A DNA stretch of 64,000 nucleotides, taken from Azolla caroliniana. Lineage: Eukaryota; Plantae; Polypodiophyta. Below, in pieces: positions 23,248 to 36,800 of the stretch (the first letter of the stretch is position 1; every line of letters begins with the position of its first letter). The notes below the pieces were generated by a model. That model was given only the letters and a program-made list of their open reading frames with translations. It was not told where the DNA came from and did not search any database. The DNA is taken from positions 22,878,001 through 22,942,000 of the forward strand of contig JBHGNT010000004.1 of the NCBI GenBank assembly GCA_043228905.1, given 5' to 3'. The position numbers and the translations under genes were made by a program.

Positions 23248-24765
23248 AATCAAGGATCGGTTTTCTCCCGTAGGAACCCAATTTTGGCGCATACCGGTGG
23301 ATGCGCGGTTAGGTGGGGGCGGATGTCGTGAAGAAAACCGTCCCCAGGCGCAAACCGTGTATAGTGTGTGTGAACTGGCCCTTTCACGTGGGCACGTCCC
23401 TTGTTGTACGGTGGATGGGTAGGCACAAAAGTTAAATCCTAGGTAGCAATATTCTGTAAGGGAAATCAAGGAGTATCTCTGTTCGAAAGGAGAGAGAGTT
23501 AATGTGATGTAAACGGGTGAGACGGCCTCCCTCCTTGAGCTATAAAAGAGAGGGAGACGGGGAGAGAAGGGTATCGTGCGCTAGAGGGAATGAAGTGCTG
23601 TCGGACTGGGACCGAGCTCTTCTTCTCTGTCGTTCTCCATAGCCTTCTTTGCGCAAGCTCTCGGGAGGCTGATTCTGTCCCGTGGAACGCCCGTGTGCTT
23701 CCGACAGAATCTCCATCTCGCTCTTCTGTTTGCGTGAGTGAACAGGCTTCGGTGTTCGCCTTGCTGTCTTGTTAGTAGTAACCATCTCGATATTTATACT
23801 TATATTAATATACATACGTGTTCATATACTCGGACTTCTGCTCGTCTCGTTTTGTTGTGTTGTTGGACTGTGATTCCTATGTGCTCCCGTGTGAGTGCGT
23901 GTGTAAGAGGGTTCGTTGCCTTTCCGCTCTCCTCCTTCTCCTCTACTTCTTAGTCCAAGACCCCCGTGGTCCCGCCCTTCTCCACGCACGCGCATAGCAA
24001 CGCGACAATGTTCAATGTAGTTGGATTGAGATAGAGACAATTGATGTTGATTATGATTCTGACTTATCTTCATACCAAGGATGTGTCGTGTAGGACTGAG
24101 ATCCTTCATGGCAAACTTCAACCGTAGTTGCTGAACAAGTTCAGCTAGTTCGCCAGCATGGTGTCCAGAGATTAGCGTGTCGTCTACGTAGATGATGAGG
24201 AAGATGGGTGATCCATCTCGAGCTGTTTTCGTGAAGAGACAGTGGTCCTCATCGCTCTTTGAAAATCCGATCGATTGGATGAAGTCGCCGAACTTCTTGT
24301 ACCACTGTCGCGGTGCCTGTTTCAGGCCGTAAAGACTCTTCCTGAGTCGGCAGACTAGATGTTCTTGGCTAGATGCCACAAAGCCTTTCGGCTGCTCCAT
24401 ATAAATTTCCTCCTCAAGACCACCATGGAGGCAAGACGTTTTGACATCGGGCTGAATCAACTCCAAATTCTTGGCTGCCACTACGTCGAGCATAAAGCGA
24501 AGGGTGGTCATTTTCACCACTAGCGTAAAAAATTCGTCGAAATCGATGCTATGTTCTTGTCGAAAGCCCTTTGCTATTGATTTGGCTTTGACTTTTGAGT
24601 TGGCCGAATCAGACGTCTCCTTAATTCGATAGACCCACTTGCACGGAAGAGCACGTCGATTTTTCGGTAATTTGACCAAGTTCTAAGTCTTGTTTGGATG
24701 AATGAAGTTCATTTTGGACTCCATTGCCAGATGCCAGGTGGCCGAATCGGCTGATGCCGATGATT

Positions 24766-27700
24766 CTCCGTAGCCGGGTACTCCTCATCTAGTTCTCACT
24801 GGCTTTGCACCATCCGGCTCTTCGTAGCCAGGTACTCCTCATCCGGTTCTCACCGGGTCTGCACCATCCGGCTCTTCGTAGCCGGGTACTCCTCATCCGG
24901 TTTCACACCCTAAACCCTAAACCCTATCGGCCTCGGCCGAGTTTGTTCATTAGCACTGTTCTTCTCCCTTCCCATCCGGAGGGACCTGTCTCCCAACAAA
25001 CTCCCCCTTCACTCCGGCATGGGGTGTCTTACTAGTTCGATCCTCTTTCGGCATGCATCCAGCTTGTCGGGTATCAACACTTTGGTCAGCATATCTGACC
25101 TGTTCTCGGCCGTGTGGATCTTCGTCAGTGCGAACTCCTGGTCATCTACTCTTTCCCGGATCCAGTGATATCTTCGCTGGATATGCTTCATCCGGGAATG
25201 GTAGGCCGCATTCTTAGCAAGATGGATGGCACTTTAACTGTCGCAATAGAGTCGGTATTCATCTTGCCAGATACTGAGCTGTCCGATGAAGTCCTTCATC
25301 CATAATATTTCCTTGTCGGCTTCCACAGCCGCCATGTACTCCGCCTCCGTGGTTGACAATGCAACCGTCTTCTGCAGCCTCGACTGCCATGAGACAGCTC
25401 CCCCTGCATATGTCATTACATACCCGGATGTAGACCGGCTGGTATCCACATCGGCCGACATGTCCGAATCGGTGAAACCGTCAAGTTGAGGTTTTTTGGA
25501 GCTGAATCGGAGACACATATTTGAAGTGCCCTTCAAATACCGGAGTATCCATTTGACCGCGTTCCAGTGCTCCTTGCCGGGATTGCTCATAAACCGGCTC
25601 ACCACTCTGACTGCGTATCCTATATCCAGTCGGGTACACACCATTGCGTACATCAAGCTCCCGACGGCAGAGGCATATGGAATCTTCATCATATCCGCCT
25701 TCTCTGCTTTCGTCTTCGGGCTTTGCTTACCGGATAGCCTGCAGTTTGCCGGAAGTGTCGATCCGACCGGTTTTGCATCTGACATGTTGAACCGGTGAAG
25801 CACCTTTGTCACGTACTTCTCCTGTGACAACCATAATTGCTTCACTAACCGGTTCCGGATAATATGCATGCCCAACATCTGTCTTGCCGGACCCAAGTCT
25901 TTCATTGAGAAGGTCCGGTTGAGGGCCTTCTTCAGCATCTGTATTTTGACTTGGTCCCGTCCGACGATCAACATGTCATCCACGTACAAAAGGAGTATCA
26001 CGAAGTCGCCTCCTTCGAACTTCTTCACAAACACGCAGTGATCGGCCTGCGTCTTGTGGTACCCTTGATCGGTCATGAAGGAATCGAACTTCCGGTACCA
26101 TTGTTGGGGAGCCTACTTTAGTCCGTACAGGCTCTTCTTCAGCCAGCATACCAGGTGCTCCTTCCCTTTCTCCACAAATCCCTCCGGTTGCTGCATGTAG
26201 ATCTCCTCTTCGAGGTCGCCCTAAAGGAATGTCGTCTTCACGTCCAGCTGTTCTACCTCGAGATCCATGCTTGCCGCTATACTCAGCACCGTCCGGATGG
26301 AGGTCATCTTTACTACCGGGGCAAATATCTCGTCAAGGTCTACACCCTTTTTCTGCTGGAACCCCTTCACCATGATCTTGGCTTTGTATCTCGGGGGGTT
26401 GCCGGCATCTCCCGGTTTCAACTTGTACACCCACTTGTTTCGGAGTGCCCGCTTTCGTTTCGGCAACTCCACCAATTCGTACGTATGGTTCTCATGCAGG
26501 GAATCCATCTCCTCCTGCATGGCACTTAACCATTTGCGGCTGTGGGGGTCATCCTTCGCTTCTTCGAAGCTTTCCGGCTCCCCCTCATTGGTCAGCAGAA
26601 CATGCTCTACATCCGGAAATCTCCGGGGCGCCCTTCTCTCTCTGAGAGGATATCTCTGTCTTCGGGCTTCGGTAACCGGCTCCTCCATTTTCTCTTCATC
26701 CGAATTCGATTCGGGGTCTTGGCCGGTTCCGGTTTTAGCTTCCTCTACTTCTTCTTCAGCCTATTCGGTATCCTTACCGTAACCGGCTGGTCCCTCGAGT
26801 GCTAACCGGTCTCTTACCGGTTGGGTCTGCTCATCGTAGAGTCGATCCTTACCGGTCGACTCAGAGTTCATTATCTTCTTCTCTGACTCCCAGTCGGCGA
26901 GCGTCTTGTCCTCCATGAAGATAATATCTCGACTCCGGAATACCTTCTTGTCCACCAGGTCCCACACTCGGTAGCCGAACTCATTGTCACTGTAACCGAG
27001 GAATATGCATGGCTGGGTCTTTGGATCTAACTTTCCTCTCCGGTCCTTTGCTACATGCCCGTACGCGAGATACCCGAACACCTTCAGATGTCGGTAGGAT
27101 ACTTCCTTACCGGTCTATACTCTGTGTGGCGTGTCTCCGTCCAAGGGTACTGAGGGTGATCTATTTATCACATATGTCGCCATCGACAATGCCTCAACCC
27201 AAAACTTCTTGGGTAGTTTTGCATGCGCTAGCATACTCCAGACCCTCTCCATTATGGTCCGGTTCATCCTCTCGGCCAGTCCGTTTAGTTCCGGCGTCTT
27301 CGGCACGGTAAATTCGAGCCGGATTCCCTTCGAGCGGCAGTACTCCTCGAAATGACCCCGGTATTCTCCTCCGTTATCTGCTTGAACCGCCTTCAGCTTC
27401 CGGTTGTGGTCATCTATGAATGTCACGAAGTATGGCGCTCTGGCATGTGACTTCGTGTCTACTTGACACACATCCGTAGGCACCAACTCCAGTGGTGCAT
27501 TACGTCTCATCGGTGGCCTTGGTCGGAAGGAGGTCCGGTTTTGCTTACCGGCCAAAGAATCAGTGCACTTCTCCAAGTGCACGTTCTTCACTTGAATGAG
27601 GTTGTCGTCTGCAAGCCTCTTCATCCCATTCTCGCTCATATGACACAACCTCTTGTGCCACAACTCACCGGCACTTTCGGATTCCACGTTCACTTCTTCC

Positions 27701-29350
27701 GGACATAACCGGGCATTCATCAGGTACAGTGTGTTGACCTTCCGGGCCCGAGCCACAATCAGGCTCCCTTTGTTGAACTTCATGACACCGTTCCGGATGC
27801 TACCCGTGTAGCCTTCATCATCTAGCGGACCGGCTGATATCATGTTCAGACGAACCTCCGGAACGTGTCGGACATCCTTCAACAGCAACTTGCATCCAGT
27901 TGGTGTTGTCAGCCACACATCTCCTATGCCGACAATTCGGCATGTACCTTCATTCCCCATCCGGACACAATCGTGATCACAGGCTGAGTAGAATGAGAAG
28001 CATTTCCGGTCCGGGGTAAGGTGGAACGACGCTTCGGAGTCTACCACCCAGGTCATCTCGTCGCCGGCAAGGTTTATCTCACTCTCCTCGGTGATGAGCA
28101 TCAACTCTTCTTCACTTGCCGCGATTGCCGTCGTTCCCTTCCGGTCCGGCCCCCTCCGGTCTTTACCGTTCCGCTCCGGGGTCCGCTTCAAATTGGTACT
28201 GTCGGTTTCCTTGTCTTTTCGGAAATGCCGACAGTTCTTTTGGAAGTGTCCCGGCTTGCCGCAATAGAAGCAAGTTGGCCTCCCCCTTGACTTTGACCGT
28301 GTCCCCGACTTCTCCCGGTTCTGGGGACTACGGTTTCTATGTCTTCCGCGTTCCGATTCGGTAAGGAGCGCTTTGGAGTCGGAGCTCGTATCTTTATCTT
28401 TCCGACGCGCCTCCTCGTCTAGCAAGCTCGACTTTACTCTTGCTAGGGATAACCGCTTTCCTTCCGGCCCGGCGTTGCCCAAAGTGACAACCAACGTCTC
28501 CCAGCTATCCGGGAGGGAAACAAGCAGGAGTAGCACTAGTACCTCATCGGCGAGAGGTACTTCCAATGAAGTTGCCTGGTGAATCAGCCCGTGGAAGGCA
28601 TTCATGTGCTCCGCCATGCTGGAGCCATCTTGGTACCAGAGTCTTACTAGCTTCCGGAATACCGAAACCTGATTAACAACATTTTTGTTCTAAAACATAA
28701 TGCCGATCTTCTCCCAGAGCTCATGAGCCTTGCTCTCTTCATTGAAGTTGTTGTATAGGCTCATGTCGATGAAGCACCGTATGTATGCTGTTGTCTTCAT
28801 GTGCATCACCTCCCATACTATGGCATCGATTTTATCTGGTCTCTTGTCCCCAAACTGAACCGGCAAACTAGGGAAAAAACCACGGCAACCCACAGCCTGC
28901 AAACTATCACTATGTTAGAATGTACAACAGTGAGTTCACGGAGGCAATGACCTCGTGCTCACGATCTTCGCCACAGGCGGCGGTTTCAACAGAGGCAATG
29001 ACCTCGTTCTCTCTCTCTCTCTCTCTGTACACGGTTACACGCTCTCTCTTTTCTTGCACCAACAAGAATGACAACAACTACTAAAAGTTTGCCCGAAGTC
29101 ATATTTATACTAATATGACTTTTCGGCTATTTACAAATATAGCCATGATGGACTCTCAGAAACATATTTATGAATATGTCTCTTCATCCGGTGAGCACTC
29201 CTCACCGGGTCTGCACCATCCGGCTCTCCGTAGCCGGGTACTCCTCATCCGGTTTCACACCCTAAACCCTAAACCCTATCGGCCTCGGCCGAGTTTGTTC
29301 ATCAGCACTGTTCTTCTCCCTTCCCATCCGGAGGGACCTGTCTCCCAACA
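24766..29350 (-). mobile_element. Degenerate copia N (B family) with both LTRs truncated
   Basis: Highly similar to B throughout. Partial LTRs at 24766-24998 and 28865-29350. A deletion at ~28864 removes the gag start and PBS. Confidence 0.92.
24908..24926. repeat. Plant telomeric repeat (CCCTAAA)2.7 in the N LTR; second copy at 29260-29278
   Basis: CCCTAAACCCTAAACCCTA is present in both LTRs. Confidence 0.9.
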
Positions 29351-32300
29351 GTTGGCACATCGGAAAAAATTACCCTTCAGACTTTGATCGTTTTTTCAAC
29401 CGATTGATGCATGCCCGACTCATTGAACTTCAGACGATCTGTCTGTGTTCGGGGTCCTAGAGTCGATATCCCATTTCGCCATCTGTTCCATAACCGAGAA
29501 AAATACATTTCCTGGACCTTGGTGCAAGTTTGCGGCGATCATCTTTCGGGATGAGGGCGTATGCCTTGCATCCGAAAATCCTCAGCTTGTCATAATTCGG
29601 CTTACTGCTGGTACATAGTTCCTGACGGATCCGAAGTCCTAGAGGCCTCCCCGACGACATATTGATTATGTGTACTGTCGTAAGTAGGGCGTCTGCCCAG
29701 AAGCTATCCGACAGTCCAGAGTGTTGGAGCATGGAAACTATCCTTTCTTGAATTGTCCGACTCATTCCCTTGACAATTCCATTCGGCTCCAGACTGTGAG
29801 GTGTCGTAAATTCACGTCTAATGCCGCGTTGTTGGCAAAATTTGACGAATTCCTCTGATTTGAACTCTCCCCCATTATCGGACCGAATGCTTTTTAGTTT
29901 TTAGCTGGACACGATCTTTGGTTTTGATCAGATAAGCCGACACCTTCCGAGTCGAGTCATCAATGAAGCTGACGAAATACAGAGTGCCGCCGAGGGACTG
30001 ATGTGGCATAGGACCCACATACGTCTGAGTGGAGCAAATCGAGTGGACTCGAATCTCTCGGGGCAGATGAAGGGTGTCTTATGGCTATTTGCTTGCTGTA
30101 TTTGCAATGCTCGCAGAACTGATGATCTGAGAAGGAGAGTTTGGGGACGTATCCAACTCTAGATAAGTGTGTGATGCCGGCTTTGCTGAGGTGTCCGAGT
30201 CGTCCGTGCCAGAGTGATGACACGGTGTCGTGTTGTTCCGCTTTCATGTAGGAAATAAGGCGGAACCGCGGGGGTCCTGAACCGAGGAGCAAGAGAGAGA
30301 AGAAGGCGGAGCGGGAGAAGAGCGCAAGCGTAGGCTGGTTAGGCCCGTTGCCACTGACAACATCTGCCGGCCGAAAGAACCACTAACACGTAACTGAACA
30401 AGATACACACTCGCGTAAAAGAGAGGCTCACAGAAACACAGAGAGAGGGAAAACAAAAGACTCGATTCCTATAACAGTAAAGGTTACATTGTTTGCAAGA
30501 TTATAGCCGGATAGCCGGTGACAGGCCCAACCCAAACAATCACACACCCACGTAGTAGAGCCTTTGCTGGAAGCACATGACTTTCCTCGAAGTAGAGGCA
30601 ACTAACTCAGAAAGCCTGTAGAAAACCATGAAAGAGGGGGAGAAAGCTCCGTTCCCAGTCCGACAACACCTCGTTCTTCCCAAAAACGCGATACTTGGTT
30701 TGGTTTCCTCTCCTACGTTTTATAGGCCGTCGGAGAGAAGTTGTTACATCCTGGTCACATCACCCTTATTCCTTGTCCCTTCGGACAAGGATACACATCA
30801 ATTTCCTAGCTAATGAATGTGTACTACCTAGTATATGCACATCAGCCAAACTATTCCTAGTTATGTACAAAGTGTTGGTTTGTGCGCACACGCGTAAGGG
30901 CCGGTTCCTGCCCCCCCTTTCCCCAATTCCGCCTAAGGCTGGTTTTCTTCACGACATCCGCCCGCACCAAACCGCACATCAACCAGTATGCGCCAGATAG
31001 GGATAAATGCCGGAGAAAACCGGCCCGTATTCAACCGTCGCTCCCCGAATCCTCGTCCGCTCCAGACCGGTCATCGCCGTCGTCCACTCTTCTCGAGTCC
31101 GGCTCGTGCTCGTGTTGCTTCTTAAATGACTTGATCCTCTTCCCGGCTACAGGCACCGTTAACTGTGTTCCGTCGAGCTCTGCAAGATGGTAGGTGCCGT
31201 TGTTGTTTGTGCTTGTTACTGTGTAGGGTCCGGACCACTTCCTCGCGAATTTACGCACCGCCTTGTGCTGGTTTTCGAGGTTGTTGTTGTACACCAGCAC
31301 CCAGTCGCCTTCCTCAATCTTCTTCGGTCGTAGCTGGTGCGTTCGGTTGAACCGGCCTTTGTTCCTTTCCCTTGCCGCATGCAGCTTCACTTTTGCCCGT
31401 TCTACTTCTCCCGGTCTTCGCTCGAGCTGACGAATCCGCGCCGCCAACAACTCTTCTCGGCTCATCTCGTTTCTCCAATCTATCGCCGCCCACAAGAAAA
31501 TCGTTTGCTCCATGGGCATGATCGGCTTCTGCCCATACATCAACTCTGTCGGCATGAACTCGATTACCGAGCTATGCGTAGTTCGGTCCACCCACAATGC
31601 GTAAGGTAGAAGCCGCGACCAATTCCCAACTTTCCCTTCACATGCTCGTACCAATGCCTTCACAATTGGGTCATGGGCGCGCTCTACTTTACCGTTCGCC
31701 TCCGGATTGTACGTTGTAGTGAGAGAGAGCTTGACCCCTAACCGGTCGAAGAGCTCTTCGGCTTCCTGCGCATCCAGTTCTCCCTGGTCAACCACAATCT
31801 TCCCTATGCACCTGTACCGGCATACCACCTCTTCGATAAGGAACCGGCACACGGCCGCGGTCATCTTGTTCTGTAGCGTGCAGCCCTCCACCTAATTCGT
31901 CAAGTCCTCTCGCACAAGCACTAGGTACCGCATCTGGCCTACCCCCATCGGCATCGTCACTAAGTCCACCATCCATTTGAAGTGGATGGTGGGCGGGTAG
32001 GTCGGGTGTAGCTCGTCCCGATGTCAGACTGCGGAGTGCAGCTGGCAACTTTCACACGTCGTCACGAAATGGTGCACGTCCTGGTATAGCTCTGTCCACC
32101 AGTACTTCTCCTTGAGCTTCTCGAACGTGGTCCACGTCCCACGATGTCTAGCCCAAGGGCTCTCATGATACGCTGTTAGTAACGCTTCTTGCTCTCCTTC
32201 CCTGCTACAACATGGAGTGGGACGCCGCCTCGCTTCTTCAGGTGTTTCCATATGCTTCCGTCATGTAGGAAGAATCGGTACGCCTTCTTCTACATTCGTT

Positions 32301-33811
32301 TAGCCTCTTCTGCATCCGACGTCATTGTTTTCAAGAACCTGCCGATATGGAGCCACTCCCCGTCGTACTCGCCCTCATTGAACTTGTTAAGCGCTGGAGT
32401 GCTCCATGCCCTCGTCGCCATGTAACCCGACTTGAAGAAGTCCACGCCGACTTCTTCGTCCTCCGAAACCATGCCATCCTCGCCGTCGAACCTTTCCCGG
32501 AGATGTGCCATATCTCCAAACTCAGGGACTTGATGTACGTGATCCACCTGAGCATCGCTAGGTCCGGCGTCACGCATCCGGAAACCATACCAAGGATCGG
32601 TAGGTAGTTCATCTCAATTATCACCTCCGTCCTGATCATGTAGTCTTTGTCGGCCTTGACCGCCGAAACGATACCCCGAAGTTCATGTTTAACTTGGGCG
32701 TATCCTCGCTGCCGCTCGCTCAACACCTTCGCTCTGAACCGGATCGGGAGCCTCGTGCCACTCTCGTCCTCCTAATTGATCACCCATCCAATCCCGGTCG
32801 GGCTCGTGTCTATGGTCACATAAATCAAGACCCCCTTTCCGTAAACTGCTTTCCGGAGTGCTGGCGCCGCGGTTAACGCCTCTTTCAGTGTTCAGACCGA
32901 CTCCATATGGTACCCGCTCCACTCGAACTTGTGCCCTTTCTTCAACAACCCGTAGAGTGGCTCCGCGACGTGTGCGTAGTGTGGAATCCAGATGTGGTAG
33001 AATGCGCACGTGCCCAAGAACCTTCGGACTTCTGTAACCGACTTGCAGTCTTCCTTTATTGCGGAAATGGTCTCTACCTTTGCCGAAGACGGTTTCCGGT
33101 CGTAGGGCCTGCACAAGTGTCCGACCACTAGGATCTTCGACTGCCCGAAATCCGATTTCTCTCCGGAGAAGGTGAGTCGTGCGTTCTTGAGTCTCTGAAG
33201 CACCTTCTCGCATTCGCCAATGTGGTCCACTACGAATCTTCGGCATCCGTCCAACCCAACTGATTCATCCTTCTCTTCCACCGGGCACCCTTTTATCGGG
33301 ATGTCGTCCAAGAATGGCATGGTGATGTCCGGGATGCAATCCCTCACACCTTATTCATTGCATTCACCATGTGTGCCACCGAGTTGGTCCCTCCTTGCGG
33401 GAGGGTACACATCCGCACTAAGCCGAGAGGAGTTTGCATTGTCGTAATGTCCCTGGTCTCCACGACTAGTTGGAACTGATCGTACCCTAAGTATAGATCC
33501 TCGACCGAATAGATCGACCTTCCAGCGAAGGCCTCCGCAAACTCGTCAATGGTCGGTCTGATACCTGTGTTCCGGATGGTCACCTTGTTGAACGACTGCA
33601 GGTCTTGAATGAAGAGTAGCGTGCCATTCTTCTTCGACACGGTAAACCACTGATTCGAATAAGGGGCACTCGATGGCTCGAGGATGCCCATCTCCACCTT
33701 CTGCTTTAGCAGCTCCATCAACTTCCGGATGTGAGCTCTGGGTACCAGAATTGGCTTGAGGTTCCACAACACATGCGATACCGTGAAGATCACCATTAGT
33801 TCCACGATCAT

Positions 33812-36800
33812 TGTTGAGAAGCAAGCTCAACATGGTATGTGATACTTATTGGGAAATAAGCTATAGTAGCTATTTAGCTAGTTGTGAACATAAAGGAGAA
33901 ACAACTAATTAGCTACTGACAGCTAATTAGCTACTGATAGCTATTTAGCGACTGACAACTAATTAGCTATAGGCAGCTAATTAGCTGCATATGTAAGTAA
34001 CTTATTACTTAGGTAAAAAGTAAGAGAGTAGGTAAGTAAGAAATATACAGGAAGTAGAACTCTAAGAAAAGAGAGTGAGGATAGAGAGGAATAACTCAGA
34101 GAGTGAGAGTAGAAGAGAGAAACATACGAGAGCAAGTAGAGCTCTGCGTGTAATGAAATAGAAGAAGTTTTGGCTCCTACAGAGGTAAGTCTCCTTCCCC
34201 CTTCCTTTCTATGGTTAAGCACCAAACCATCCAGCACACCACGATTCGCCGTGCACATAAGAAGAGCCCGAGTGCCTTCTTCACGTTTTCTTAACATGGT
34301 ATCAGAGCGAGTTGCTCATAAAGAAGAGTACAGAAGTGCATAGATCGGAGAAAGGTATTTCTCTGTTTGCTGATTTGAATCAGAAAGTTACTTGTTGAAG
34401 TAATCGTAGCAGAAACCCGAATTTGGAAGAGAAAATGGCTGCAAAGAATGCGAGCCAAATAGTTACAGAAAAACTAGATAAAAACAATTTCCCGGAGTGG
34501 AAATTTAGAATGACAAATTTCCTGATGGGGAAAGGGTACTGGGATTACATTGAAGGAGACCTAGAAGAGGCTCCGGAGATCCCAGAAGAAAATGCCACAA
34601 CAACACAGATTAAAGCATTCAAATATTGGAATCAAGGGGCAAGGAAGGTAATGCATTGGTTCTCACTTAGCATCTCAGATTCGATGTTTGCAGTAAACAC
34701 AAAAGCTAGAAAGCTAAAGTTGAAGACTGAGCTAAATACCTTAGAAAAAGGTAAGATGTCAATAAATGAGTATGCTTTGAAAATAAAGAGCATATGTGAA
34801 TCACTTGCTTCTATCAATGTAAAGATAGAAGATGATGATAAGGTAGAAATATGCCTGAGAGGCTTAGGACCTCAATACAAAAGCTTTAAAACCTCTATGC
34901 TTACAAGGGATAATATCCCAAGTTTTCCAGATCTGGTTTCAATGCGTGTAGTAGAAGAAAGGAATCAGATGGATGATGTAAATAAAGGAAAACTTGAGAA
35001 TGAGGGGCAAGCCCTATATAATAGTGTTGGAAGAGGCCGAGGAAGAGTCCATGAAAGATTTGGCTCAGCAATAACCAACAATAATGGTTATCAAGGAAGA
35101 GGACAACAAACCATTAGAGGAAGAAACAACAACAGAGGCAGGGGGAGCAACTGAGGTAGAGGTAAGCAAACATATGTAAATGATGATGGCTGTTGGTATT
35201 GTGGAAAACCAGGTCACACATAGGTTGAATGTTACAAGAAGCAAAATGATGAACAAAGAGGAAAGAGACAATAGAATAACTATGCCCAAACAAGTGAAGA
35301 TTGTGAAAAAGATGGTGCATTTGTGGTACAACATGAGATAGCAGCAGTGGCTGAAAGCTCACAGAAATGTAATGAAGAGTTTACATGGTATGTAGACTCG
35401 GGGGCATCTAACTATATGACTGGACATGCAAACTGGTTTGAAAGGTTAAGAGAACCAGAGATTCCTGGCTATGTACAGACGGGTGATAATAGTACTCACC
35501 AAATAGAACATGTTGGAGATATCCCATTGTGGGAAGAAAAAGGAAAGACTAAGTATATGTTGAATGTAATGCATGTTCCAAATCTTGCTAAGAATCTGAT
35601 TTTTGTTGGACAGATAGTAGAGCAAGGTATGCAAGTAAAGTTTAAGCAAAGTGGATGCTATATAGAAAAGAATGGGAAGCTCATTGCAAAAGGAAAACGA
35701 CAAGGAAGAATGTTTATTTTGGATGTTGACATGCCTTGATAGATTTCAGCTATGTTTGCAAATGGAATGAGTGTAAAAGGATTGGCCACATAAGTATGCA
35801 AACCCTAAAGAATATGTTGAGAAAAGATGTAGTGGTTGGACTGCCAAAACTGAAAAATTGTGAAATGGGAAAGATATGTGAAGCATGTCAATATGGAAAG
35901 CAAAATAGGTTGCCATTTCCTCATGAAAGACATGTAAGTAAAAATTTGTTGGATTTGGTACATACGGATGTATGGGGATCTATCGGTGGCTGCAGATTCT
36001 ATCAAGGAAAACATGGGTGTACTTCATGAAAGGGAAAGGTGAAGTGTTTGAATGTTTTCGTAGGTTTAAATGCATGGTAGAAAAGCAGGCAGGTACAAGA
36101 ATAAAATGTTTAAGATCTGATGGAGGAGGAGAGTATTTCTCCAATGAATTTTCTGATTTTCTATGCAATCAGGGAATAAGAAGACAGTTCACATGTAGAT
36201 ATACTCCACAGCAAAATGGAGTTGCTGAGAGGAAAAACAGAACATTGGTGAACATTGCAAGGGCTTTGATGATAGAGAAGAATATGCCATTGTACTATTG
36301 GGTAGAAGCTGTAAATACAACAAATTATATTCTAAATAGATGTATAACATCAGGAGTACATGAAGCAACTCCTAAACAGTGTTTATATGGAAGGAAACCT
36401 AGTTTAGAACACTTAAAAGTGTTTGGATGCCTTGCATATGTACATGTGCCTGCAGAAGTAAGAAGTAAGCTGGATCCAAAAGCAGAAAAATGAATTTTTG
36501 TTAGCTATTCAGAAGAACAAAAAGGGTGTAGATGCTATAACCCTGTAACAAAGAAGATTGTGACAAGTAGGGATGTAATCTTTGATGAGTTAGCCAGCTG
36601 GTACAATCCAAAACAGAATCCAGAGACTGATGAAGACAATGAGATTGAAGACAGAGACAAATCTGAAAATGTAGAAGACTGCCACAGAGATGGAAGCAAG
36701 GTTGGACAGGAAAGTCCAACATCAACAGAATGTTCTGGACCATCAAAAAGCTCAGATGGTAAATCTGATTCGAATTCTTGGAGTGGAAAAAGTGGAGGAC

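Larger units (their letters stand above)
17095..24007 (+). mobile_element. Full-length non-chromovirus Ty3/gypsy element F
   Basis: LTRs at 17095-17777 and 23324-24007, 4-bp TSD ACGT/ATGT (removal restores host codons YIERVLER), Trp PBS, PPT GGTGGGGGCGGA, domain order PR-RT-RH-INT, GPY motif, no chromodomain. Confidence 0.95.

Noticed and set aside
23247-23323. env-like ORF or chromodomain in the gypsy elements
   Set aside because: INT ends in a short acidic tail less than 80 bp before the 3' LTR, leaving no room.
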